The position numbers were made by a program, and so were the translations under genes. Below the pieces are notes generated by a model, which worked only from the letters and a program-made list of their open reading frames with translations, was not told the origin of the DNA and searched no databases. 64,000 nt of DNA from Nitrospiraceae bacterium (lineage in GTDB: Bacteria > Nitrospirota > Nitrospiria > Nitrospirales > Nitrospiraceae). Where the stretch lies: assembly GCA_050246315.1 (NCBI GenBank), contig JBFWWG010000003.1:288001-352000 (forward strand). Direction: 5' to 3'. Below, one piece after another: positions 20,728 to 30,081 of the stretch (position 1 is the first letter of the stretch; every line of letters begins with the position of its first letter).

Positions 20728-22212
20728 ATGCCGCGAGTTCTAGTTGCCGATGACAGCATTGCGGTACGAAAGGTGGCGGAACGCCTGCTGAAGGAAGCGG
20801 GGCTGAATGTCACGCTGGCCGCCAACGCCGAAGAGGCGATTACACTGCTAGAACACGACCCGCCGGACATTGTGGTCTCTGATGTCATCATGCCGGACAA
20901 GAGTGGCTATGAAGTCTGCGGGTATGTCCGTTCGCACGCAAAGTTTTCAGCCATCCCCGTCCTGCTGATTTCCGGCATTGTCAATGACGATGTCACAAAA
21001 CAGGCGGAATCCTGTCGCGCGGACGGCGTGCTGAAGAAACCGTTTCAAGGAACCTCGCTGCAGGACCGCGTCTCCGCTCTCCTGCGGAAGCGACAGCCGG
21101 TCGAACCCTCACCGGCTCAGGCTCCGACGCTCGCCCCACCTGCTGCGCTTAAGCTCGCTGATTCGGCACGAGTCGCTCCTCCGGCATCGGCCCAGCAGGC
21201 AGCGGACCATGAACTGGATTCGTATCGCCTAGCGGCTAGCCGCCTGAAGGAAATCGAACACGACCTTGCCGAGGAACGCGAGCGTTCCGCCAAATTGCTT
21301 CACGAATTGGAGGAGGCCAACCGTCGACAGACGCACGCCGATTCTCTGGAAGATCAGTTGCGGACCGAGCGGGAGCACGTCGCACAACTGACGCAACGCG
21401 CCTCTGATCTGGAATTGGAAGCGAAGCGAGGACAGGAAGCCGAGGTGGCGCTATCGGCCGAACGGGAGCGACACGCCCACCTGACCACCGCATTGTCGGA
21501 GGCGCAAACTGCGGCTCAATCCGAAGCGCAGCACGCGCGGGAGATCACACAGACACTGGAAGCACAGCGGGCCCGCGTGGCGGAGTTGGTCCAGGAGTTA
21601 GCCGGAGCCCAAGAGACCGCAGAAAAAGTCCAGGAACTTCAAGCGACGTTGGTGGCGGAACGAGCGGCACAAACGGAGCTGGTCAAGCAAATGACCGATC
21701 TCGAACAGAAAGCCGTGCGGTTGGTTGAAGCGGAGTCCGATTTGCAGGAAGCTCATGCCGAACGTGAGGTTCTGCTCCAGCTGCGCGCGGCGATCGAAGC
21801 CGATCTCGGTACGCGGACGAACGAAGCGACAGCGCTCGGAGACCAACTGTGCGCGGCGCACGCCGCCCTGGGTGACGCGCGTCAACATATCGAGCAGATG
21901 AATGCAGATCTCGCTCACGCAAGACCCTTGGCCGCGCGGGTGCCTGAATTAGAGCAGGCGGTTGCAGCCGCCCGGGAACGCGCGGAGCAATTGGCAGAGG
22001 AACTCGCCGAACTCAAGCCCAAGGCGGATCGCATTCCCGATCTCGAGCACACGCTCGCATCGGAGCGGGAACGCATCGAGACCCTCACCCGGCGGCTGGG
22101 CGAAGCGGAGCATGCCGCTGAGCAATCCAACAAACGCCTGGAAGACATGGCTCGGAAGCTTGGAGAAATCGCCGGGCTCGCGTCAAAACTGGGGAGCCAC
22201 TCCGGTCGGTAA
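20728..22212 (+). CDS. Response regulator with long C-terminal coiled coil
   Basis: VADDS, VSDVIMPDKSG, KKPF receiver; Pro/Ala linker; E/A/L/R-rich helical repeats. Confidence 0.85.
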   Translation: MPRVLVADDSIAVRKVAERLLKEAGLNVTLAANAEEAITLLEHDPPDIVVSDVIMPDKSGYEVCGYVRSHAKFSAIPVLLISGIVNDDVTKQAESCRADGVLKKPFQGTSLQDRVSALLRKRQPVEPSPAQAPTLAPPAALKLADSARVAPPASAQQAADHELDSYRLAASRLKEIEHDLAEERERSAKLLHELEEANRRQTHADSLEDQLRTEREHVAQLTQRASDLELEAKRGQEAEVALSAERERHAHLTTALSEAQTAAQSEAQHAREITQTLEAQRARVAELVQELAGAQETAEKVQELQATLVAERAAQTELVKQMTDLEQKAVRLVEAESDLQEAHAEREVLLQLRAAIEADLGTRTNEATALGDQLCAAHAALGDARQHIEQMNADLAHARPLAARVPELEQAVAAARERAEQLAEELAELKPKADRIPDLEHTLASERERIETLTRRLGEAEHAAEQSNKRLEDMARKLGEIAGLASKLGSHSGR

Positions 22213-22261
22213 CAAGACAATCCCAACGCCCGACGACCCTTTAGTCTCTCTTCACAAAACC

Positions 22262-23200
22262 ATGACAGAACCGGCGGCCGCAGGCGATGAGTTTCAGCGT
22301 GAACTACTTGAACTCTTCGCCGCCGAGGCCTACGAGTGGCTTGCTCAGATTCAGAAGGCGCTCGTCCGCTTCCACACTTCTCTGGATCCCTCGGGGAGGT
22401 TCGACGCACTGGGCGTCATCGCCCGCGGCATCACCAGTCTAGGCGGGTCTGCGGCAACAATCGATCTGCCGGCCATCCAGGAACAAGTGTTTGGTCTCCT
22501 CCCCGTGCTGGAGCACCTCCGCGGCGTGGACTCGGTGGCCGCCGTCGACGCGCTTGCCAACCTCCGCGTCGCACTCGGAAACATCACCACGCTGGTCGCG
22601 TCCAGCACCGGCATCCCCGCAACCGTCACCTTCGAGGCCCACAAACCAGGCCTTCGTCATGCCAAGGAACTGTTGCACGCACTCCACGTACTGCGCCGGA
22701 CACAGATGCGCACCACGCCGGTCGCCCGATCCGTCACCGACAGCGTGATCCGGCGCGTCCAGCAAGATCTGGAGGGAGGAGTCTCCCAAGTGGACATGCC
22801 GACGATTCTCGCACAGATGGACGAGGTCTGTCGGGATCACGACGAGTTCGTGAGCCGAGTGCAGGCCACCCTTCCAGCCCTGAGCACGGCGATCACGGCC
22901 CTAGAATCCATATCACGCGGGCCAACCGGGAGCCGTTTTTCTGATCAGACTCGAGAATGGCTTCAAGCAGTAGATCAGCTTGTCGATCAAGCACGGCAGC
23001 GCGAGGCCGTGCTGCTGTTGCAATTCTTTCAGGGGTTGTCCTCCTTCATGAAGATTGTGACCGAGCGCCGGCTGACGATATCCGCTCAGCGGTTCGGAGC
23101 GGTGGAAATTCGACTGGGCGAAATGGCGTCGGTCGCCCAGAGCTGGCTCGAAGCCGAGCGGGCGGAACGAGCGGCAATCGTTCAACTGCTGGCGGCCTAG
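22262..23200 (+). CDS. Hpt-like domain protein (phospho-His apparently replaced)
   Basis: ELLELFAAEA.EWL..I...ARGITSLGGSAATI resembles the CheA P1 helices. Confidence 0.65.
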   Translation: MTEPAAAGDEFQRELLELFAAEAYEWLAQIQKALVRFHTSLDPSGRFDALGVIARGITSLGGSAATIDLPAIQEQVFGLLPVLEHLRGVDSVAAVDALANLRVALGNITTLVASSTGIPATVTFEAHKPGLRHAKELLHALHVLRRTQMRTTPVARSVTDSVIRRVQQDLEGGVSQVDMPTILAQMDEVCRDHDEFVSRVQATLPALSTAITALESISRGPTGSRFSDQTREWLQAVDQLVDQARQREAVLLLQFFQGLSSFMKIVTERRLTISAQRFGAVEIRLGEMASVAQSWLEAERAERAAIVQLLAA

Positions 23201-23307
23201 GCCCCCGGACGTTCGATGCCAGGACCCCCACAATCTCCCGTCCTACCGGGCCGCCTGGTGCCGCACGGGCAAGACCAGCGGCAATCGTCAGGCATTGAGG
23301 CAACCCG

Positions 23308-24102
23308 ATGGTCTATGATGAATTCTGGGGCTTACAGGCTCGACCGTTCGACAATGTTCCCGATCCACGCTTTTACTTTCCGTCGGCGAAGCACGAGACC
23401 ATCCGCCAGCGAATGCACTACGGAATCGAGGCTCGAAAGGGAGCACTCTTGCTGACGGGAGCGATCGGTTCCGGCAAGACGTTGCTCAGCCGGGCGCTCG
23501 TGCTTGCCCTCCATCGATCCCGTTATGACATCGCGCTCGTGACCAATCCGGCGCTGTCTCTGGTGGAGTTTCTAGCCGAAATTGTGTATCAGTTTGGCCT
23601 GAATCCGGAGGGGAGTAAGCTGGAGCTGATGCACCGCCTGCACGACCGGTGCCTCCAGAATCATCACCAAGGTTTGGCCACAGTGTTGATCATCGACGAA
23701 GCTCAGAGTATCGGAGAAGACCGGATTTTCGATGAACTGCGGCTCCTGCTGAATTTTCAGTTGAACCATCAGTTTCTCCTGACGCTCTTGCTGATGGGAC
23801 ACCCGGAACTTGCGGACCGGGTGCGCGGCATCCTCCAACTCAACCAACGCATCGCACTGCATTGCCACCTTTTGCCGTTCGACGAGGAGGAGACACGGGC
23901 CTATATCGCCGCCAGACTCCGATCCGCGGGGGCGACCCGCGATATATTCTCGAAGGAGGCCCAGTCCGAGATTCATCGGCATTCCGGCGGTGTGGCTCGT
24001 GTCATCAACTCCATCTGCGACCTCTGTTTGCTGCTCGGGTCGCTGGACGCAGTTGATTGCATCGGACCGCCTCTCGTTGCACAGGCACTGAAAGTATTGT
24101 AA
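23308..24102 (+). CDS. ExeA/GspA-family AAA ATPase
   Basis: YDEFWGL..RPF..PDPRFYF, Walker A GAIGSGKT, Walker B LIIDEAQ, QLNQRI. Confidence 0.9.
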   Translation: MVYDEFWGLQARPFDNVPDPRFYFPSAKHETIRQRMHYGIEARKGALLLTGAIGSGKTLLSRALVLALHRSRYDIALVTNPALSLVEFLAEIVYQFGLNPEGSKLELMHRLHDRCLQNHHQGLATVLIIDEAQSIGEDRIFDELRLLLNFQLNHQFLLTLLLMGHPELADRVRGILQLNQRIALHCHLLPFDEEETRAYIAARLRSAGATRDIFSKEAQSEIHRHSGGVARVINSICDLCLLLGSLDAVDCIGPPLVAQALKVL

Positions 24103-24112
24103 CGGGAGGACC

Positions 24113-25195
24113 GTGATGGATCAGGCGGCAATGACCGACCCACAGGACGACGCAACAGACTGGTACCAGGCGGCGACGCGGGAACTGTCCCACCTCAGTC
24201 GGACGGTCCAGTCTGAGGACCCGCTCGATCTCACCGAGCTGACGGACATCGCCAAAGGCATGACTGTATCGCTCCAACGCTCGGAGACCCTCGTGGTCCA
24301 GGCCCTGTCGGCCCCGCTGGGAGACAGGCTGATTGCCAATCTCGTGCACGTGGGAATCCTGTCTGCGAAGATCGGCCTGGGGCTTGACTACCGCAATGAC
24401 CGATTGGAGCACCTCACCCTTGCTGGGCTCCTGCACGATATCGGCATCTTCTCGGTGCCGCCGTCGTTGATTCAAAAACCCGGCAAACTGACCCCACCGG
24501 AGCGAGCCGTTCTGGAACAACACCCCGAGGCGGGTTTCAGGGCGATCAAACAACTCGGACCGAACTATGAATGGTTGGCAACGGTGGTGCGCCAAGCGCA
24601 CGAGCGATGGTCGGGCCAGGGGTATCCGCTACGGCTTAAGGGAAGTCAGATCCATCCCTTCGCACAGGTGATCGGATTGGCAGACGTGTTTGAAGCATTG
24701 ATCAGCCCACGGCCATATCGCCGACGCATGCTGCCGCATGAAGCCGTGCGGGAACTGCTGCGGCATGAGCAGGGCGCCTTTTCTCGGACGGTGATCAAGG
24801 CCCTCGTCGAACAACTGTCCGTCTTTCCCTTGGGGACAAAGGTCCGTCTGAGTTCAGGGGATGAAGGCGTGGTCGTGCGTCTCCACCCACGATTTCCAAT
24901 GAGACCCGTCGTTCGAGTGGGCGACGAAGATTCCGGAAGCGAGATCACAGCCGTCATCGACCTCAGCTCCACGCCCGATCTGTGTATCCTGGATGCCGTC
25001 GCTCCGCCGGAATCTCACCATCTGTCACAGACGCCGGACAAATCTGCCCCGATACCACACGCTGAAGGGTCCCAATCGTTTTCCGACCGATTCTCAGCCC
25101 TGTTGGAAGGGCTGGATGAGATTGCCACCACCATCCAAGAGGTGGTGGAATCTCACGGGGAATCCATGGAATCTGGCCCGCCGTCGGTCTCATAG
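24113..25195 (+). CDS. HD-GYP domain protein
   Basis: LLHDIG, HPEAG, HERWSGQGYP, ADVFEAL..RPYR. Confidence 0.88.
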   Translation: MMDQAAMTDPQDDATDWYQAATRELSHLSRTVQSEDPLDLTELTDIAKGMTVSLQRSETLVVQALSAPLGDRLIANLVHVGILSAKIGLGLDYRNDRLEHLTLAGLLHDIGIFSVPPSLIQKPGKLTPPERAVLEQHPEAGFRAIKQLGPNYEWLATVVRQAHERWSGQGYPLRLKGSQIHPFAQVIGLADVFEALISPRPYRRRMLPHEAVRELLRHEQGAFSRTVIKALVEQLSVFPLGTKVRLSSGDEGVVVRLHPRFPMRPVVRVGDEDSGSEITAVIDLSSTPDLCILDAVAPPESHHLSQTPDKSAPIPHAEGSQSFSDRFSALLEGLDEIATTIQEVVESHGESMESGPPSVS

Positions 25196-25627
25196 GGATT
25201 GCCCGCTTCCGACGCGACGCCTCACGCCTCACCTCTGCCAATGATCCTGCGGCTGAGTGCCCGTCTCGATTCAGTCACTGCCAGATTGAATCTCATCGAT
25301 CGATGTCCTTGAAATCCTGAAACGCTCAACGCCCAAATCTTGGGCAGTTTGCACGAAGAGGCCGCACCGGCTGATGCTCGGAAGCATCTCCACATGGTTA
25401 CCCACAGGCCTTACACATTTTCTGTGGAAACCGCTTGCATCTGTGGTCGCTTGAGCATCGTTATTCGAGAGGCGGAGGTCTCCTAGCGATCTCCTGGGCG
25501 ACACAAACCAGCCTCCGTGATTCCCAAGCGAGATCTTCGTATAATCGCCCGAGCCCGGCAGCAGCGCACCTCGTGGAAGGGGGCTGACCTTCGGCTCTCA
25601 TCCGATTTCTTCAAGAGTACCTAGACA

Positions 25628-26167
25628 ATGGCCAAACTCATCACACCACGGCGAGAAGAAAACCTGGTGGAACGGGCACAAGAATACATTCGCGTGCACC
25701 TTCTGTTCCCATCGGCTCTGCTCGGCCTCATTCTGCTGATCGCGAGTACCATGGCGCTCGGTTACCAGTACCTCGCCGATATCTATGATGGCGGCACGTT
25801 TATCAACAGTACGGCGCTGTTCCTGCTGGGCGCGCTCGCGGGATGGGGGCAGTCGCGCTATCATCGCTTTCTGCTCAGGGAGACACCGGATTATTTCGCG
25901 GGGCGACTCCGGGCATTCGCGAGTCATGACCGGCGCTTCAAGCGGAAGGAGCCTGTGATAGCGACCGTCGACCATCCGGGGAGAAAATGGGTGCCGCTAT
26001 GGTATGGGCTAGCGACCACCGTCCTCGTGGGGGCTTCGTCCCTTGCCACCGCCAGGGGGCATGTGTATGCCGTTGCCGCCTATCTGCTGCCCTGGTCGGG
26101 ATTTTTTTGTTCGCGGATTTACGCCTGGAAGGAACTCTGGGGACCGGCGAGGGCGGCGCTACGATAA
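25628..26167 (+). CDS. Hypothetical membrane protein (about 4 TM segments)
   Basis: 179-aa ORF with hydrophobic segments, filling the gap before lpxD. Confidence 0.65.
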   Translation: MAKLITPRREENLVERAQEYIRVHLLFPSALLGLILLIASTMALGYQYLADIYDGGTFINSTALFLLGALAGWGQSRYHRFLLRETPDYFAGRLRAFASHDRRFKRKEPVIATVDHPGRKWVPLWYGLATTVLVGASSLATARGHVYAVAAYLLPWSGFFCSRIYAWKELWGPARAALR

Positions 26168-26185
26168 GGCAAAGCAATTCGACGG

Positions 26186-27262
26186 TCAGCGCGTTTTTTT
26201 GGGGCGCACGCGGCGGCCCGCTCCCGTCTGCTCGAGAGCCTCAACTCGCTTGTGAAGTTGCCGCAACTGCTGACGCAATTCCGGCAGATGGGGAATCAGC
26301 GCCTGCGCCTTGAGGGCCTGCTCATGCGGCATCGCCGGAGCTCCCGACACAATCTGGTCTGAGGCAAGATTCCGGTTCACGCCGGATCGGGCCGCAATCA
26401 ACACCCGATCCTCAATGTGCAGATGGTCGGCTAATCCAGCCTGGCCGCCGATCATGACATGGCTACCCACACGAGTGCTGCCGGCGATCCCGACTTGCGC
26501 CACGACGATCGTATCCTCGCCGATCTCGACGTTGTGCGCGATCTGCACCAGGTTGTCCACCTTGCTGCCGCGGCGGATGCGCGTCACGCCGAACGTCGCC
26601 CGATCGATCGTGACGTTGGCACCGAGTTCGACATCATCTTCCAGAACGACTCCGCCGATTTGTGGAACCTTGTGGTGGCGTCCTTCGTGCTGCACATACC
26701 CGAACCCGTCACTGCCGATCACGGTGCCGCTGTGGATCACCACCCGTCGCCCGATCGTACACCGCTCGCGCACCACGACGTTTGGATAGAGAACGGAGTC
26801 GTCGCCGATCTTGCTCTCATCGCCAATGAACACGCCGGGGTAGAGCGTCACTCTGGCCCCGATCGTCACCCCATCGCCTAACGTCACCGATGGCCAGATC
26901 GAGGCCTCGGCGCCGATGCGAACGCCTGCGCCCTGGACCAAATCTGGTGCGACGCCTCGCGCCTGGTAGGAGGGCACGAACCAATGCTGCACGACGCGGG
27001 CAAAGGCGTAGGCGGGATTCGACACAAGGATCTGCGGCTGCGGAACCTCGGCAAACCGATGGGCCACGATGAACGCCGCCGCGCGACTCTCGCGCGCCTG
27101 AGAGAGGAACCGATCCTGCGCAATATAGCTGAGATCGGCCGGTTCGGCCTCCTGTAGATTCGACACGCCGTGAACCACCACGGCCGGATCGCCTTCGACG
27201 CGACCCTGGACAAATTCGGCAATATCCGTGAGTGAAATAGCAGGAGGGGGCGGAGTCGCCAC
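26186..27262 (-). CDS. lpxD: UDP-3-O-acylglucosamine N-acyltransferase
   Basis: Hexapeptide repeats, IGSDGFGY, KVPQIG, IDRAT, KVDNLVQIAHN. Confidence 0.95.
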   Translation of the reverse strand: MATPPPPAISLTDIAEFVQGRVEGDPAVVVHGVSNLQEAEPADLSYIAQDRFLSQARESRAAAFIVAHRFAEVPQPQILVSNPAYAFARVVQHWFVPSYQARGVAPDLVQGAGVRIGAEASIWPSVTLGDGVTIGARVTLYPGVFIGDESKIGDDSVLYPNVVVRERCTIGRRVVIHSGTVIGSDGFGYVQHEGRHHKVPQIGGVVLEDDVELGANVTIDRATFGVTRIRRGSKVDNLVQIAHNVEIGEDTIVVAQVGIAGSTRVGSHVMIGGQAGLADHLHIEDRVLIAARSGVNRNLASDQIVSGAPAMPHEQALKAQALIPHLPELRQQLRQLHKRVEALEQTGAGRRVRPKKTR

Positions 27263-27268
27263 GACGCC

Positions 27269-27601
27269 TTATCCTCGTTTCTTCTTGGTGGCGACGCGGG
27301 CCGGCCTGGATTTGGGCTTCGGCTTGGATGCAGCGGGGCGGGACGCAACCGACTCCGGTGGGGTGATCCTCCGTTCGACATAGGCGACAACGTCCGCCAC
27401 CGTCGCGAGTCCTTGAAGATCCTGATCGGGAATTTGGAGATCGAACGCTTCTTCCACCCGATAGAGCAACTCGATCGTGGCCATGGAATCCAATCCTAAA
27501 TCGTCGCGAAGATGCGCATCAGACGGAATCCCGCTGGGATCGCGCTTCAGATAGGCTCCCAACGCTTGCAGGATGCGAGTCTGAACGGATGTGTCGATCA
27601 T
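27269..27601 (-). CDS. Acyl carrier protein with basic C-terminal extension
   Basis: DLGLDSMATIEL..VEEAFDLQIPD; tail SKPKPKSRPARVATKKKRG. Confidence 0.88.
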   Translation of the reverse strand: MIDTSVQTRILQALGAYLKRDPSGIPSDAHLRDDLGLDSMATIELLYRVEEAFDLQIPDQDLQGLATVADVVAYVERRITPPESVASRPAASKPKPKSRPARVATKKKRG

Positions 27602-27616
27602 GCGGGGTGCTCTCCG

Positions 27617-28873
27617 TTAGGCAGCGAACTTCTTGAAGACGACTGCGGCATTGTTGCTGCCGAAGCCAAAGGCGTTCATCATCGCCACCCGCACTCGTCG
27701 CCGCTGGACCTGGGTGGAAATGCCGGCCAACGCGCAGGCCGGATCAGGATCGTCATAATTGCGCGTCGGATGCACCATTCCGGTTTCGATCGCGAGGGCA
27801 CAGGCCACGGAGCCAATGGCGCCGGCCGCACCGAGCGTATGGCCGACCAGCGATTTGGTGGCGTTCACCGCCAATCGATCGGCCCTGGACTTGAAGACTT
27901 GCCGAATCGCCTTCACCTCCACGGCGTCGCCCACGGCGGTTGACGTCGCATGGGCGTTGATGTAGTCCACCTGAGCCGGCGTAACTCCGGCATCATCCAA
28001 CGCCAACTTCATGGTGGTTGCGACTTCGACGCCGTCCTCGCGGGGGATGACCATATGATAGGCCTCGCTGGTTGCAGCATAGCCGGCGACTTCCGCATAG
28101 ATCCTGGCCTTCCGCTTTTTCGCATGCGGGAGCGATTCTAGGATGAGGGCCGCCGCGCCTTCACCCATCACAAACCCGTCCCGTTGCCGTTCGAACGGAC
28201 GCGAGGCGGCGTCGGGTCGATCGTTAAAACCGGTCGAGAGCGCCCGAAGCGAACAAAATCCAGCAAAAACCAACGGCGTAATGCTGGCATCGGCTCCGGC
28301 TGTAATCACCACGTCAGCCTGGCCCGTGCGAATCGCATTCAACGCTTGCCCCACCGCGTGCGCGCTCGATGAACAGGCCGTCGAAATCGTGAGGTTCGGC
28401 CCCTTGGCCCCATAGACCATGGCCACGATTCCTGAGGCGGAATTGAGGGTAATGGTGGGAATAAAATTGGGATGCACCCGATTGGGTCGCTGCGACTGGT
28501 ACAACTGGGTGATTTCCCGCTCGCCCATCACCATCCCGCCCATGCCCGCGCCCATGATGACACCGACTCGGTGGGGGCGAACCTGGTCCATGCGCAACCC
28601 GGCATCCGCCAGCGCTTCCTTCGCCGCCACCAGTGCAAACTGAGCATAGCGGTCCACCCGTTCGACCATCGGCCCATCCAAATACTGGATGGGACTGAAG
28701 CCACGGACCTGACCGGCCACCCGACAGCGGTAGAGGTCCATCGGAAACGGATCGAAGGATTCGATCGCCGTCACTCCAGATCGCCCCTCCAGGGCGGCCT
28801 TCCAGAACTCAGCCACCCCGATGCCGATCGGAGAAACCATTCCAAGACCGGTGACGACCACGCGCGATGTCAT
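27617..28873 (-). CDS. fabF: 3-oxoacyl-ACP synthase II
   Basis: RVVVTGLG, TACSS, SRPF..RDGFVMGEGA, INAHATST, KSLVGHTLGAAG, NAFGFG. Confidence 0.92.
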   Translation of the reverse strand: MTSRVVVTGLGMVSPIGIGVAEFWKAALEGRSGVTAIESFDPFPMDLYRCRVAGQVRGFSPIQYLDGPMVERVDRYAQFALVAAKEALADAGLRMDQVRPHRVGVIMGAGMGGMVMGEREITQLYQSQRPNRVHPNFIPTITLNSASGIVAMVYGAKGPNLTISTACSSSAHAVGQALNAIRTGQADVVITAGADASITPLVFAGFCSLRALSTGFNDRPDAASRPFERQRDGFVMGEGAAALILESLPHAKKRKARIYAEVAGYAATSEAYHMVIPREDGVEVATTMKLALDDAGVTPAQVDYINAHATSTAVGDAVEVKAIRQVFKSRADRLAVNATKSLVGHTLGAAGAIGSVACALAIETGMVHPTRNYDDPDPACALAGISTQVQRRRVRVAMMNAFGFGSNNAAVVFKKFAA

Positions 28874-28984
28874 GGGTTCATCATTATACCGAATACCGAC
28901 ATGAAATCGTTTGCTTGTACCTGAAGGGTGGGAAGCAGTCAACGCTTTTGACAGAGCCGGGCCCTGAGACATTGACTCTCGAAC

Positions 28985-30076
28985 CTAATACCGGACTCGA
29001 AGCAACAGATAGAGTGCCAGACTCAGGAACACGATGTTCGCCATCCAGGCGGCCAGCACAGGGAGCAGGACGCCGCTTCGCCCCAGGGCGATTGAGACCG
29101 AATGGGTCATCCAGTAAAAAAAGCCGACGACCATGGCCTGACCGATTCCCATCGCAAGCCCCGTGCCCCTCGTACCCATTTTGCGAAGGCTGAGGGCAAT
29201 GCCGACCAGAACCATGATCACACTCACGAACGGAAAGGCCATTCGCCCGTGGTAATCCGTGAGGACTCGGGAAAAATTGTAGCCATCGAGGCTCAGCCGA
29301 TCGATATAGGCCTTCAACTCCCGCAAGGTCAGCGATTCCGACTCGGCAGCCAACCAGGAGTCGAAATCCTTCGGTGCTTGGGAGAGCGGCAGGGGCTTCT
29401 CCGTGAACGGCTCGATCGTCACATTGCCGTTGGGGAGAAACCGACGATCAATACCGTCCTGAAGCATCCACCCTTGGGGCGTATGAACGGCCCGTGTGGC
29501 TTCCGTCAGGAGGGTGAGACGAAACTCCGTTCCCAGCTGGTAGACCCGCACCCCCTGCAACACCCGGCCGCCTGGTTCCACCAGCTCCACATTCAGCAGG
29601 GCGGGCCCGCGAATCTGAAGCCAGGGCCTTGCGGCCTTGACGGCCAGGTTCTGAGTTTTCTTTTCGATAGAGGTATTCCTGACATATTCCGCCCGGGCGG
29701 TGGCCGTGGGAATGATGACCGAGGTCATGCCGAGCAGCAGGAGCGAAATCACTGCGCCGATCACCAGGAACGGGGCGGCCAGTCGGCCCAAGCTGACGCC
29801 GCAACTTCGCATGGCCGTGATCTCATGGTTGCGGGACAAGAGCCCCAGCGACAGCAATGTCGCCATGAGAATCGCCAACGGCGCGATCTGGAAGGTGATG
29901 CCAGGAGTTCTGAGAATGAAAAATGTAAGAATATCTGACATCTGGGCATCAAACTTCAAAAATCTCCTCAACTTTTCAAAAAAATCGATGACAAGGTAGA
30001 TCGTCATCAATCCCGAGAAGCACATCAAGAATAGTTTCGCGAATTCGAGCCCGATGTAGCGGAAGAGAATCGTCAT
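28985..30076 (-). CDS. lptG: LPS export permease LptG
   Basis: MTILFRYI..., EITAMRSCGVS, multiple TM segments, LAAWMANI; adjacent to lptF. Confidence 0.88.
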   Translation of the reverse strand: MTILFRYIGLEFAKLFLMCFSGLMTIYLVIDFFEKLRRFLKFDAQMSDILTFFILRTPGITFQIAPLAILMATLLSLGLLSRNHEITAMRSCGVSLGRLAAPFLVIGAVISLLLLGMTSVIIPTATARAEYVRNTSIEKKTQNLAVKAARPWLQIRGPALLNVELVEPGGRVLQGVRVYQLGTEFRLTLLTEATRAVHTPQGWMLQDGIDRRFLPNGNVTIEPFTEKPLPLSQAPKDFDSWLAAESESLTLRELKAYIDRLSLDGYNFSRVLTDYHGRMAFPFVSVIMVLVGIALSLRKMGTRGTGLAMGIGQAMVVGFFYWMTHSVSIALGRSGVLLPVLAAWMANIVFLSLALYLLLRVRY

Positions 30077-30081
30077 GCTGG

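Noticed and set aside
25386..25445. Several DnaA-box-like 9-mers (TTACCCACA and others)
   Set aside because: All have mismatches, and there is no AT-rich unwinding element or dnaA/dnaN context
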